64,000 nucleotides of DNA from Tubiluchus corallicola (lineage: Eukaryota > Animalia > Priapulida): contig JAQGDQ010000055.1 in NCBI GenBank assembly GCA_030141605.1, positions 310,001 through 374,000 on the forward strand, written 5' to 3'. The notes beneath the pieces are model-generated. The model made no database searches. It had not been told where the DNA came from and saw only the letters and a program-made list of their open reading frames with translations. Position 1 is the stretch's first letter. Each line of letters opens with the position of its first letter. Shown here one piece after another: positions 36,215 to 49,984 of this stretch. The translations under genes and the position numbers were made by a program.

Positions 36215-38064
36215 TTAATGTTTACCTCGTGCTAACAAATTTAATTCTCAATTTTCAATGCGCACCGTGTGTACTACATAATTATAATTATAATCAGCAC
36301 ACTCATATTTTAGACGTATAATGTATAATACTCATGTTGTTACCTGTTTTTGCAAACAATAGTTAATACACCAAAACCTAATTTTGCGCTCTCATTATGT
36401 AGCAAAAATAGGGGAATTTGGCGCTGAACATTATGGCAGCCAAAACCCAAATATTTGCTTCCTCTTTCCACTTTACCAGGAATTTTCCCGAACATGTCGG
36501 TTCTCGTGTTTTGCATACCTGTCTACAACTCATGGACACTTAGGGACATCTCTCTGGTCATTAGTGACATCCTACAGGCAATAAAACGGTACTTTGCATA
36601 CTTGTAAAGATTTTAAAATGTACTTTGAGCTGTCACCATAATGGGTGTGCTTGTACGTCAAAAACTACAGCACACGGGATGGGTCACTTATTAGAAACGA
36701 TGATATGCTTGATTAATGTAGACTTTTATAATAATTGCTATATTATGTATGTTTTAAAGTATACATTTAGATAGAAAAGTTTAATTACACTTTATAAAAT
36801 ATCCGGCACGCTGTGTACTGCATAAAACCAATAAACAATTGTTATCGATCTTATAATAAACATTCCTATAAGAAATCCCCTAAATAAATATGTAATGATA
36901 AAAAACATAATATATATATATATATATTATACTCTAATAAAAAACAAACACTTCACTTCAAGTAATATGTCTGCTATATATATATACTACCATTACCTTA
37001 ATCTAGTCAACAAATGAGTGCTTTTAATATTGTACTTTTTTTAAATAATCAGATTATGATTATGAATACTCTAATGAAATATGGTAACTTATGCAAAGCA
37101 CAAACTTTCATATCAAATATTATATGCGTTAATCAAGTATATAAATGTATATGTGTGCTATGTGTCAATCAAGTATATTGGCAAACTACAGAAATAACTT
37201 TTCTAATTTTGTTGATAAGAATTACAGAGATAACTAACGAAAATTTGTGGTTTAAGTTTCTCACTTACACACGTACAGTAAAGATAACATAGTTTTGTTT
37301 TATACAAATATTTACTCAAACGTATAACTTCTATTGCTAATGACCGAAATGAATCAAATGATTTTGCCAATTTACAATAATTAAATATAGCAAATATATG
37401 TAACTAGAAAAAAATAATGAAATTTTGCACTGTAAAATGCTAGACATAACAAAATTTAATGTCAGTTTTATTTAGGCTTACGTTCCAAAATGAATTAAAA
37501 TTTCATGCTTTTACTGGAGTTGTTAAACAATTTTGATTTTAATAATAATTTGGTACTAATTTTTCAATAAAAAATGCAATACAATAAAAATAGAAAATAT
37601 GTGCAGATTGCGAGTGAAAAGTAACATTTTTTCATATTCATTACGTAAAAGCAATCATATGAATTAATAATTAATCGTTAATTAATTATGGATTAGAAAT
37701 GAAATGCAAGTCAAGGTGAAGAGAAATACGCGAGCAATTATAAAATCTTGTATCTATTTTCTTCTTATTTACTTAATGTACAAAACAATGGACCGTAACT
37801 TTACAGAATAATACTAGGGGAGGTTTGTAGCATCAAATTAATTCTTTAAATTTGGCAGTAAAACTTAATTCTCTTTCTCAATGCATGATTTTAGAAAACC
37901 TGTAAATTGACACTTCTACGCAAAGTAGTGCCTGTTTTTCTAGAATTTTGGGGAGGCGGCATAGAAAATATCTCTTTTTAGAATCGTACATTTAGACTTA
38001 GTTATAACACGGCCATTTTTTCTGTTCTAAACTACTGAAATGTGGCCTCGGATTCTTGACCAAA

Positions 38065-38300
38065 TGTTCTGTGTAATGATATGATACTGATGATGTTAAA
38101 GAAAATTATGGCAGGCATCTGTATGAAGAATTTAAGTTTCTCCCACACAAAGTAAGATTAAATTTAGCCTTTTCAAAAACAAATCGCTTTAAATTTTACA
38201 TTTGTTCCCACTTCAGTCAAAGCACTCAATAATAGCTATACGCTTTAAGCACGTTTCAGTTTTTTTAAGCTTTATTTTATTGTAACATTTAGATTTACGT
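38065..38300 (+). mobile_element. Second copy of the Rex1/Babar-like LINE 3' end
   Basis: Clear nucleotide similarity to 25780-26030. Confidence 0.65.
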
Positions 38301-39451
38301 GTTCAGTTAAGTTTAACTACAACTACAAACTTGATGTGCTAATTGTTTCGTAATTAGCCTGTGTAAAGCATAAAGGAAAATGTCATGTATACCAATAATT
38401 TATATGACCGATAAAGACGTCTATATTCTTGTCTTTGTCTTTGTCTATGTGTATGCCTACGTCCGTGTCCTGTCTATGTCTAGTATAACCTACCGCGTGT
38501 AGAACAGCAGGCCTATTTGTAGCAAAATTGAATATTTCTAATAGTTTCTTTAAAATTAAAAGGTGTGACATTAATGTTAAACTTCTTATGTGTCTAAATA
38601 TAGGCATATTTAATTTTAGTTAGTTTTAATTAGCATAGTTAATTTTAAAAATTTAAGGCAAAGCCATAGCTTTACTACAGGCTTGTAACTATAGATCAGT
38701 TGTAACCTAGTGCATTCTAGGCGTATTTTAGTGGCAAAATTAGCATTTTCTAAATAGTTCATTTTTAAAATTAAAACCATAAATTTTTTATATATCGTAA
38801 TCTAACGCAATTTAAGCATATGTATATATTAGTATAGCAGATGTATAGATTTATTAATATTTTTAAATAAATTAAACGTTTGAACTAAGTTTCGCGGAGG
38901 CACCACAGTTCAACGATGCATTAACGCATTTTTAATAATTCTGTAACAGTCGTCTCTGTGTACATTTACATGAGCGCAAAAACACACATGCCGCTTTTTA
39001 ACTTCAAGGAGAAGAAAGGAGGACATTTTTTGCGAGCTGCTTTCGTGTTTTACAGCCGACTTGATTTATCTGTGGACATGGTAGACCCACGTCTGCTTGC
39101 TACAACTACCAACTTGCCATTGAAGCAGTTTTTGCCCTGATTTAACACATCGTTGTTTACAAAATGTTGAAATATGAAACTCGCGAATATGTAAACAACC
39201 ACCTATACATAACTGTAAACAATAACACCGAAGCTGCAAAAAGTAATCAAACCAGTTCGTTTGCAAATAAGTAAAATTATGTCTAAAATTTACAGTTGTT
39301 TATTATTTATTTATTTTGTATTTTTTGGTTTTATAATTGTTAGCTATTATTTAAATTGTAAATTCATCGAGCTGGAATGTATACCCAATTAAAATTTTTG
39401 AAACCGAATTTTGAGTAAAATGAGAAGATTTTTTTTTTAAAAATTGACGCT

Positions 39452-39519
39452 AAGTTTAGATTTGAACGAAGAACTTTGTAATTACAAGTCTATTGCTTTG
39501 ACCACTAGACCATGTAGAC
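39452..39519 (-). mobile_element. Decayed tRNA-derived (SINE-head-like) sequence
   Basis: The minus strand has an A-box TGGTCTAGTGG and a B-box GTTCAAATC at tRNA-like spacing; the cloverleaf stems are degenerate. Confidence 0.35.
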
Positions 39520-41084
39520 ATATTTAATTATTATTAGTCGGCTCAATCATCATTAGTCAATAATTTTAAAATTAAGATGATAATCAATTATTGATAAATA
39601 TTATGGATTAAGAGTTATACACAGGACTGAGAAAAATAAAAAACTCAAATTTTTCATTAATCACTAATTTAAACAATCGATTAATTAACCTTTTAATTCA
39701 CACATAGCCGTAGCGTAATAATGTAAAAATTAGCACAACATAGCTTATAACTTAGATATAATTTATAACATATAACTTAAATATTATTTACACATTTGTT
39801 AATTATCCCATAACTAATGACTTAGCCAGTTTATTAAATAGCTATGTTCACTTTAATTGTTATAGTCTATTAACTTGGTACAACACGTCATACATTATTT
39901 AGGCAAAAAACATTATATAATATAAGTTTAATTTGTTCAGTATAAAATGGTTTGTTGAGAGGCGCTGATTGACTATAACTAATTTTTTCTTAATTTCTAT
40001 AATTATAAACAATTTCAGCACAAAAAAATATTTCGTCTTCACGGTTTTGGTTTCGAAAAATGGTTTTTCCTTCGTTATTTGAACAAACTGAAATTCCATT
40101 CATTCTAAACCGATGTACGCACTACATTTATTCAAACTCTTATTTAAAGTATGTAATTTTGATACGACTCAAATCTCTGACAACTCATATTTTCACTAAT
40201 GATTTTGTCTTTATTTTATACTATTTTCACTACTGATTCTAAACTAAAACTGAATCTATAAAAAACTATAAATTCTTGACGTCAATATGTCTACAATGCC
40301 AGAATTTTCAGTACTTGTATGTCAATAGGAATTATATAACTATAGATAATTACATATAAATCCAAAAAACGAAATTGTCACAAGAAAAACAAGTCTAAGT
40401 GTCAAACTTTTGCAAGTCTAAATTAAGCACAACATTTGCAACAAAGACACAATTCTCTTCATTAAAGCATTTATCTAAATTTTGTTAACTGATATGCACA
40501 AAACTAAGAAATGAAGCTCGTTTATATATTTGACTGCTTACATACGTACTCTACGTAAATATTGATCTAAGTAAAATTATGTATCCCACTGGGAGACATT
40601 CAGCAATTTCACGCTATAGCTGTAGTACTTGTTTGCCTGAATTAGAGGTGTATGTTTAATGGAGTGATAATTGCTATTTGGGGAAGGTAGCGAAATAGAG
40701 GTGCCATAAATAAATCGCCAAGTCTCGTACCCCTACTACACTTGCATGGCTAAATTTATTCTCATTCATTATAAAACAGCAGTTTTTCATGCAGAATAAA
40801 AATAATATTTTTACATATGGCTCATAATTCATATTTTTACTTAGTTAGAACGAATTATAGGTTTGTTTATTTTAAGAAAATTTATTGTATCTAAAATTAC
40901 TTTAATCTCACTTATTTATTCATTTATTTCTGTTTACCTTTGATGTAAAATAATATGTTTTACAGTTAAAACATCAGTTAAGAAAATTAAAATAATTGAT
41001 TTAGTACAGCACCAGTAGCAAAATTGAAGAATTACAGGTACACGTTTTTGCAATGTGTGTAATATATATACTGTTGCCTTAGGT

Positions 41085-41195
41085 GCTACTGATAGTGTTG
41101 CTGCTGCTGCTCATGTTGCTGTCGCTGCTGCTGTTGTTTTTGCTGTCGCTGTCGTTGCTGCTGCTAATGTTGTTGCTGCTACTGGTGCTGTTACT
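41085..41195. repeat. Degenerate (GCT/GTT)n repeat
   Basis: Seen directly. Confidence 0.85.
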
Positions 41196-41875
41196 CATAG
41201 CATCACGAAGTTCAGTTTCTATACAACGATTGTTCGTGGAGTCAGTGACACTCCTGCTTTCTTACACACTGTATATGACAATTATTGGCTTAAAGCTTTT
41301 GTAGCGAAGTCCTTCAGTTATTAGTCAGAATAACACAAACAAGAATGCGAGTCGGTATTCCCACAGTGCAGAAAATCTTCTTATTTTAGCAAATCCGTAA
41401 AGCATATTTTAACAGGGAAAAATTTGCTGCCACTTCTCGACGCTTGCCTATCTACCGCCACATCTACCACTCTGAATGACCCACCTGCAATTACCGGGAC
41501 GCTTTCACAGGAGAATGGAAATTCAGACAGGCATGCGATGGAAATCTTGAGAATGTCAGACAGGAGAACTTGGAGGGTTTACCAAATAATGCCTATGACG
41601 AGTTGTAAACAGTGTACAAATTGTTACTGCACTCCCAAAATTGTTTGTTTCATTTTCTGTAAAAAGTTTGAATGAACGACAATAGACTGAATGACGTCAC
41701 GCTCGAGAATTGAGATAAGTGGTGACGTCATAGTAACTTACAACTCTCTCGGGCAATAAAAAGTAGCAATATAAGCATTTTTTTGCAATTTTCTTCACGT
41801 GCGCAAAATTTAAAAGATCTGATTGGCTAATATGTTGTGATGTAAAAAATGTTATGATGCGAAAACGCGTTGCAC

Positions 41876-42209
41876 AAAACAACAGGTGTTGTACCTCTCA
41901 GTTCACATGTGTTAGCTTATGACGAACTGCACACGTTCGACAGCTCATGCGTGAGCACAGTGTTAAATCTGAAATTTGACTTTTTCTTAAAACTTAAACT
42001 ATAGGCAACACGTTCGTGGAATGTTTTTGATGCTGAATATTATGTTAGTTTGTGATATCATCAATAGTTGCGCTCTCCCGCCGTTAGTTAAGATTTTAAT
42101 CTATTATTTAATTATCAGAAATGCTTTGCAGTATTAATTGTGTTAAAATGTATACTTTCTATCGGACTTGAAAATTGGGTGTAATATGAAAAAACATCCC
42201 TGTCTTCCT
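41876..42209 (+). mobile_element. Partial copy of MITE family A
   Basis: Collinear with 35840-36214, ending CTGTCTTCCT followed by TTAA. Confidence 0.75.
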
Positions 42210-43318
42210 TTAATGTCAATTTACACTGATGATACACTTATAGACCTATTAAACAACACAACTTTTATTAAAAATTTCATTTACAGCTGTCTAAAAATAT
42301 TTTCGTTTCCAACCCTTTCGAACTGCAAACTGCAGTCATCGTCAGTGGTAGACTTTTACAAACAAACAACCAGTTTATATAGGCAGAGCCTGCAGTACAG
42401 TACATTATGCACTAATTATGCATTTACAAGGAAGTTAAATACGTAATGAATAAACAGACCTGTAGAAAAGAAATAGATACAGCAAAAGACAGCTAAGTGT
42501 TTGAAAATAAAAAAAAGGAATTGAACTGCACATTAAGAGAAGTGTTGTTAGGATACATAGATAAATTTTCTTTAATTAATAAGTTCCAGTTATTTGTTAC
42601 TCTAGTCACAATGTTGAAATTATTAAAATCACGAATCATAAAATCATTAAAATCAGAGGCACAAATATGGTCATTAATGCTAGATAGACCTTATAGACCT
42701 ATTTAGGAAAAACCATATAGTCCAGATGTACCTGCTGCTCTTAATGCTGAGCCACAGGAACTATTGCAAATATCTGATAAAATATATTGGATACGCCTTG
42801 TAACATAATTGATATCTACAATGACAATGGCCCGTTATTCTAGTTTAATCACTGGCCGCGTGCCGGTTATTGGCGCTGCCGATGACTCGATTGGACCTTG
42901 GGGAAGGAGAAGATCAGTTTGTAATTATGCTGAAAGCCGTAAAACAAGACTCACGGGAAATCATGCGTGTCTAATCAACCTGTACAATGAAGCATATACA
43001 TGTGAAGGAGGAGGAGGAAGAAGAAGAAAGAAAGGGAGGTTTTTGTAAAAAAGTATGAGTAGCAAAAAGAATTAAATGCTGCTCAGAAATGACCAACATA
43101 TGAAAGGCGTTAATAGATTCGATCGTTCGATTACTCGATCACTAGTGTCACCTTATGTTTATTCGTTTCTTTGTTCGATTGTGTATTTCCATGTTATTCG
43201 TTCTTCGTTTGTTTCTTTTTTCATACATTCACTACTTTTTTGTCCGACCATTCTTAAACTTTCTTTGATCGTTTATGCCTTTGAAAAATTTAATTCGTTT
43301 ATCTACATGTTAGTAGGA

Positions 43319-43814
43319 ACCTAGCCACTGGGGGGGTGGGGGGTGTAAGCCAGCCCAACTCAGTGCCGGTCCCAAGCCCGGATAAATAGGGAGGGTTAGG
43401 GTCAGGAAGGGCATCCGCTTGTAAAAACTGCGCCAAAATCTTCTATGCGTGAGTCGGTGAGACTTAAAGAAAAAGTCCACAAAAAAGTGGTCAGATCCGC
43501 TCTAATCTATGGGCTGGAAGCAGCTTCTCTAAAGAAGACCGAAGAGAAGACAATGGGTGTGGTGGAGATGAGAATGTTGAGATGAATGGTGGGAATAACA
43601 AGAAGAGATAAAATTAGAAATAATAATATCAGAGGAACAGTAAAAGTAGTGAAGCCTCGCAAGATTGCGATGGTATGGACACCTGAAAAGAAGAGTCGGT
43701 GAAGATCTTGTGGGAATTGAAGACATAAATGAAGAGATGGTCAACAACAGGAATGCGTGGAGAAGACTCATTCACAACGGCGACCCCGAATAGGGAAAAG
43801 CTGGGAAGAAGAAG
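43319..43814 (+). mobile_element. Short non-autonomous RTE (Expander/Rex3-like) retroelement: 5'UTR fused to the RT C-terminus
   Basis: Perfect 18-bp TSD ATCTACATGTTAGTAGGA (43301-43318, 43815-43832); RTE-type 5' motif TGCCGGTCCCAAGCCCGGATAAA...AGGAAGGGCATCCG; peptide KVVRSALIYGLE...EMRMLR*MVGITRRDKIRN...RLRWYGHLKR...WRRLIHNGDP; (GAA)n tail. Confidence 0.88.
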
Positions 43815-43852
43815 ATCTACATGTTAGTAGGATAATTCATTTATTTCTTTTT

Positions 43853-43960
43853 CCGTTTGATTGTTTGAATATTTGAACGTTTGACTGTTTGAACATTTGA
43901 GCACTCGATTGCTTGAACATTTGAACGTTTGACTGTTTGAGCATTTGACGGTTTGACTGT
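43853..43960. repeat. 8-bp-period tandem repeat (TTTGAnnn)
   Basis: TTTGAACG/TTTGACTG/TTTGAACA units. Confidence 0.8.
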
Positions 43961-44064
43961 ATTTTATAATTATATATTGCCGACAAAGAACTGTAACTGC
44001 TCGTGTTACTTATGTCACTTATGTAAATGATCGACATTAAATAAAATTTTTCTTATCTTACAAA

Positions 44065-44145
44065 TCAAATACAAATACAAGCACAAACACAAATACAAAT
44101 ACAAATACGAATATAAATACAAATAAATATGCAATTTACAAACAC
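44065..44145. repeat. (AATACA)n repeat
   Basis: Seen directly. Confidence 0.85.
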
Positions 44146-45431
44146 AATAGTGTCAGCTCAAGAATTGTTAATGTACTAAATTTAAAATTTGATTCAAAGT
44201 TAGTAACGAATAAAAAAGAAAATTTAATTTCTTTTCATTATTTACGAATAAAATAACCACTAAAACAACTACAGAAAACACGATTGCAGAATCCAAATGT
44301 ATTTATTCACCCATGTCTTGTACAGCCGTTTTACCAGTTATTTCTCTAGACTAAGATTCCCTAGTGAAAAGGTCTGTTGCCAAGATTTACAAAAAAAAGG
44401 ACATACATGTCATGCTCACGTATGCGTATATTATTTTTTATATATTTTTTACATAAAATTGTTCGCCATGCAGTTGCTAATTGTAATTTAATCTTTTAAT
44501 TAGCCAGCATGAAAAGAAGATTCCACGGTAGACTTCTCTTTCCAGCGGTTTTTCTTTCTGCAGCTCTTTGGTTGGTAATATTGTATACAGGGAATCCATA
44601 AATCGTATCTCTGACAAGTTGATTGCTCGGCGCATATGGAAACTACGTGAAATAGCCCCTCTACGTTTCCTGCGTCCTACTGCTGACGTCATTCCGGTGA
44701 GACACAATCTAGCAACATTCTGACATTTCGTGAAAAATGCAGAAAAATTCATAGACAACTTACGACTCACAAGATTGCGTGGAAATTTCTCTAGAGAAAT
44801 GATTTCGTGATTATGCCGCAAACCAGAATTTATTTCTTAAAGTATACCAAGCTTTAGTTTTCACGTACAAATAGTTGAGTTTATTGTTTTATACAAATGC
44901 ACACGATAAAGCAACGTAATTAAAAATTAAAATGCACTCTTCGTTAGTTTTTCAGTTCTACAGATACTTTCAGCTCAAAATTATCCTAATATTTATGTTT
45001 GTTAAGTTTCCAGCATCAAGTGAGTTGGATTTATTGTCGCGTTCTTGGGGAGTATCTATGTTTTTCGTCTTTGCCATGTGAAGAGCGTAGAAAGATGCTC
45101 TTTTCATCACCATCACCCCCTTTCTAGTTTGAGGAAAAAATAAGACTTGGCCATGAAACATCTTGACTCTGTTCCCTGAAACGTTTTAAGTCTATAAATG
45201 GTGAATTTGACACAAAAGTAGCAATAATTTCCATGGTGTTATTTTGTGTGAGAAACACAAAATACTTTTGCAGCTCCTTTCAGGAATGAATCATACTTGC
45301 AGGCTTCAAACAATGTTTCTATGAATATGGCATAGTATGAATGTCGAAACCTCGGGCAAATAAAGATGCTATCTCTCTACATGTAGTGGTGGTATTTACT
45401 TTTTAGCTAATTACCTATTTAATTAATGATA

Positions 45432-45503
45432 GAATGAATGAATGAATGAATGAATGAATGAATGAATGAATGAATGAATGAATCAATGAACGAACGAATG
45501 AAT
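45432..45503. repeat. (GAAT)n microsatellite
   Basis: Seen directly. Confidence 0.95.
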
Positions 45504-46664
45504 CTCTGACAAGTGATCAAGCTAAAACAAAGCAAACTAATTTTCAGCACATTATAACATACGCATTTTGCCAGTTTGGTCTCAATTGCTTTTTGAGAAC
45601 TATAAAAAATCATAATTACTGCTGTGGTCTGTACGTTTTTTTAGTTTAGTTACTTTCGTTTTGTTTATTTGTGACCTTCAGTTACTGATAGTTTTACAAA
45701 GCGATTTCGCTAATCGTTTAAAAACACTTGTGAAACGTTTCATAACGCTTTTTGAACGCCGAAGTGTGCATCCTGTCAACCCTAACCATGAGTTATGACC
45801 CTCCCGAGGAGAGAACTTCATCACCCAAGTCAAATAAATACTCACAAAAAGGCGGGTCTATTTTGAACTGGTTTCGCCATATAAAGAAACCAAAATTATC
45901 TATGCATAAATACCACGTTTTATGCATAAATACCAATACTATGTAGTTACACTGAAACAACTAGAAAGTTTTTGGTTCGTAAACAATGTTTAAAGAATTT
46001 TTTACTGTAACACTTGGCTCTATTGTTTGTGTTAATTTGAATTTTTTACCTATGCACTTGCGCATCACTTCACCTGTTGGTTCAGTTAGTTCGTTAAAAG
46101 AGCAATAAAAGTGACATAATGCTAAAGAAACACGAGAATTCCCCTCTGAAATTCAGTTTATCGCGGAAAGAAATCTGAGTCTTACTGTATTGATGATGAT
46201 GATGATGATAAGTTTTTTAGCCTCTTTTTGTAGGATCAAATTTCTGTACAAATTATACAATTTTACATAGACACTAGACAGAGTGAATTCTACAATATTA
46301 CATGCTACGCATTCTGTAATTAGCTTTTTTAATTTGCGCGTGTTATTTACAGCGATGCTAAACAAGGACTATTAAAGTGACTGCTAAAATCAAGGTTATT
46401 AGTGAAGCAAGTTTCCTGTCTAGTAACATAAAAATGCAGATAAATTAATATGCTAAATTATTAAATCTCCAATTCAATATTTAAGTCCACAAAGAGTTAC
46501 AACCAATAATCTCAAAAACTACACAAATTTAAGCACTATTTTACTAAATCTTAAAATAAAAGGGACCTTAAAAAAGTAGGTTTGTGCCGATATTAAATTT
46601 ACATTTTTACATATCGCCTGTTTGCGTCGACTCGAGGGCATCTGTATATCAAATATTCTGGATT

Positions 46665-46790
46665 TGATTATATTAATTCTGCTTTAACAGTTGAATGCTG
46701 AACCCTGGCTCATAGTGCACTTGAGTATTTGCTGTGTAACAAATACAGCAAAGGAATGATCAGTAATTTTTGAGTTTCAGCATTAATCTT
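46665..46790 (+). repeat. Left arm of a dispersed inverted repeat pair (partner 48805-48925)
   Basis: CTGCTTTAACAGTTGAATGCTGAACCCTGG...AAATACAGCAAA..AATGATCAGTAATTTTTG matches the reverse complement of 48805-48925. Confidence 0.7.
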
Positions 46791-47331
46791 GCCGTAGATT
46801 TATGTTCGCGTCCACTAGATCTAATTTTACATCTAGTACACCCACTTTTAGTCACTGTTTCTGAGAGCGGTATTAGACCGTCTGTTCTAAGCTAGCGGCT
46901 CAGAAATTACAACTATAGGTGTTGTAATGTAAAAATGCACTTGTCTGCTTAGAAACCGTTTCATTTTAAACGCTTTGTGGAACTGAAACTCATTAAATGA
47001 CGACAATCACATGTAATTATTCTTGAACTCTAACAATTAATTAGTGTATTAATCTAAAAAGAAAAGAAATAGGAAATTCAAATAAGTTCTGTTTACTATC
47101 TTAGGTTCGACGAAACTGCTTTTATTGATTTATAATACCATTCTCTCCACTTTCTCCATATTTCCTTTTCTTTTCTGTTTGTTTTTGACGTTTTAATTAT
47201 TGCTCAGAATAAAATGTTTTAATTTGTTAAACACCCACCATTTTGAACAGGCATTTTTCGTGGACATAATGTTTGTTGAATATTAGTAATTGACTGTAAA
47301 ACTACTTGTAGTGTGTTACCCTTCCAGTAGC

Positions 47332-47332
<1 letters not shown>

Positions 47333-47364
<32 letters not shown>
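47333..47364. repeat. (CT)n microsatellite
   Basis: Seen directly. Confidence 0.95.
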
Positions 47365-47366
<2 letters not shown>

Positions 47367-47588
47367 GAAATTACACTTATTATTATGAAGTCCTCGCCTG
47401 AAATTGCTTGTGATGTGTTATAACTATAAATTCACTCGCCACAGACGTTGTGTGCTAACCATATTCGTCTTATCATAACGTGCTCTGCCCTTTTCGAAAA
47501 AACTAGAGTTTGCGTTAGCCTGGTTATGTATGGTAACCAAGCCTGCAGTGTTCGAATGGAGGGTATGCAATATGCAGTTTATAGAGTA

Positions 47589-48222
47589 CACCCTTGCGCA
47601 AATTAATTGAACCACTGGCAGATTTTACCACATTTTCCTTCTAACGCCTCCTGTTATTTTCCATCCATGAACTGGGATTTGCACGTTATCAAACTGGGAT
47701 TATCAAATCCATTAAACAGTATTTCTGACATGAACTGACCTAATTTGCATCTTGTCACTGGTATGATGCGATCACAGCAGTATGTTTGGGTTCTGACAAA
47801 AGCAAGGATACCAGGGGTGCGAAAGACATTTCCTGGTGTTCCACTGAGAAAGTCGCCAAAAATTTCTTGAAATTTACGACAACGCTAATGTTTACTGGCC
47901 CGGCAACTCTTCAGGTTTAAAGCCAATTAAATACTTATGGTTGTCTGTCAAGTTTCGCCTGCGAGAGACAGACTGTGTCACCAGGTAGAAGCTGATTAAT
48001 GCCATCATCCAGATGTGGTACCATGACGCCCAGGTTTCTGGAACTGCCAAAATTTGGTGGATTCCATGCCGAAACGAATGGAGAAACTGATAAAGAATTA
48101 TGAAGCCATATTATATACCAAAAATTGTGAGAGTGATTAGAAGTAGAAACGGGTGTTTTGAAATATAAGAGAAAACTTTCATTCATTTTCATGCGTTGGC
48201 TCAATTAATTTGCACAAGGGTG
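47589..48222 (+). mobile_element. Internally deleted Tc1/mariner transposon
   Basis: 26-bp TIRs CACCCTTGYGCAAATTAATTGARCCA with TA on both sides; decayed transposase C-terminus WPGNSSGLKPIKYLW (cf. WP.NSPDLNPIENLW) and LVDSMPKRMEKLIKN. Confidence 0.88.
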
Positions 48223-48804
48223 TACATGCATCTCGTAACCAGAATTCACATAGTTTTAAGCAAATTAAAAAGATGCTTCAATAAATGGGTTGCCACAAAT
48301 TTCAAAAAGCAGCAAACATTGTCTTTCTCGCATTTTTGTAGGAAAGCCCGTTACAGAACGGTTAGTAGAACTTGTGGACAATAAACATTAAACATCTAGT
48401 GTCAACTTAGTACGAATTATACAATCTCATTATTTTAAGATGTGGAACAACAGAGTGTTTGTAAATAATAATCGTCAAGTATGGTAGATATGAATGTTTA
48501 TTTACTGTATGATTTTTTTAAAATAAAATATTAGTTGTCATCGTATACAGTAGTATTTTTAGTGTAGCTTTTGTTTAGTGTGAAGTAATATTTTTTATGT
48601 TTTTATATGGCTTTTATGCTATAAATAAATAAAGTTATATTGAACTGACTTTTTTGTAAGACTGTTAGTTTAGTTATATTAAAGTAGGAAAATAACAATA
48701 ATCATAATAAAAATAACAATAATAATAAAATAATAATAATAGTTATAATTATAAAGAACTGTTTCAGATTTTTTATATTAAGTAATTTGCAAATTACTTA
48801 GGAG

Positions 48805-48925
48805 AATTGTGTTGAAAAACAAAAATTACTGATCATTTTTTTGCTGTATTTATTATTCTTATATGCTTAAGTGTACTGTAGGGCCAGGATTCAGCATTAA
48901 ACTGTTAAAGCAGGACTTATATATC
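48805..48925 (-). repeat. Right arm of the inverted repeat pair (partner 46665-46790)
   Basis: Reverse complement of 46665-46790 with scattered substitutions. Confidence 0.7.
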
Positions 48926-49984
48926 AATGTTCATGGTTATAGCAGGACTACTATTAAACATAATCTTCCAAGATGAAACACCAAACTGGTAGAGTTGCCT
49001 TAGTCACATCTGCGTCCTCCCTCGAAGACACAGATCCTCAAATAACTAGAAACAGTATAGCAGATAAAACATCTTAAAAGCAGTTTTGTTAGGAGTCACT
49101 CATCTATTTACTGGCCAGGTGCGACACTGCTTAACACCAGTCGCTACGCCCATAGTAAAATTGTGGAAGCTCTTGCATTTAATAATAATTGCTACATCGT
49201 ACAAGATTTACCGCATTAAACTAGTGACGTGGCGCCATCTCTCGGGCAGACACACTTATGCACTCAAATATTATAAAATAGAAGCAAGTGATAAAAATAA
49301 CAGTTTAGGAAGGCAATTGTACTTAACAATAAGTTGTCAAACGGTTACAGCTTGTCTTCCGAGCATTTTGCAAAAGGAAAAATATGTAGCTTGAAATAAA
49401 TGAAAAGGTAAATTATCTTTCTTCCTTTTTTGGAAAAACTAGTTTATATCGAATTGATTTTTATTATTGCAACAAGCCGAGCCAAGTAAAACTTCAACAC
49501 TAGCAAAGTAGATAAGCATTAAAACTTCAAAAATTCTATTCTTAAAACAAAATAAAATAATACATGTAAAACTGTATCAATTCACAGCGAACACAAAATG
49601 GAAAAATTAAACATAGCCTTAGAGAGATGCTAACTAATGATAATATAATGAACTTACTTAATGCGATCTCTCAAAAGCTACGTACCAGCAACTTAAATAC
49701 TTTTGACAAATTAACTTGTATAAATAAAAAATATATATATATGCACCCTTTTAAGGTATAAATATAAACAACAGCAATCACTGATGAAGCACGAAGTAAA
49801 CAATCAGACAAAGGCCGATGTAAATTTTTTTACCTATATAACGCTTAGCTGGATTTCTAGCTTTTAATACTAGCTACTATGAATACTAGTACTGAATTAT
49901 TTGAGCACCATTGGTGCATTTTTTTATGTATACATGAACAAGTTCAATTTTTTACATGCAACAAAAGTTATAAATTTGATTTCC

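Noticed and set aside
39452-39519. Functional tRNA gene
   Set aside because: A and B boxes are present, but the acceptor, anticodon and T stems do not pair properly. A similar decayed head lies near 21940-22005.
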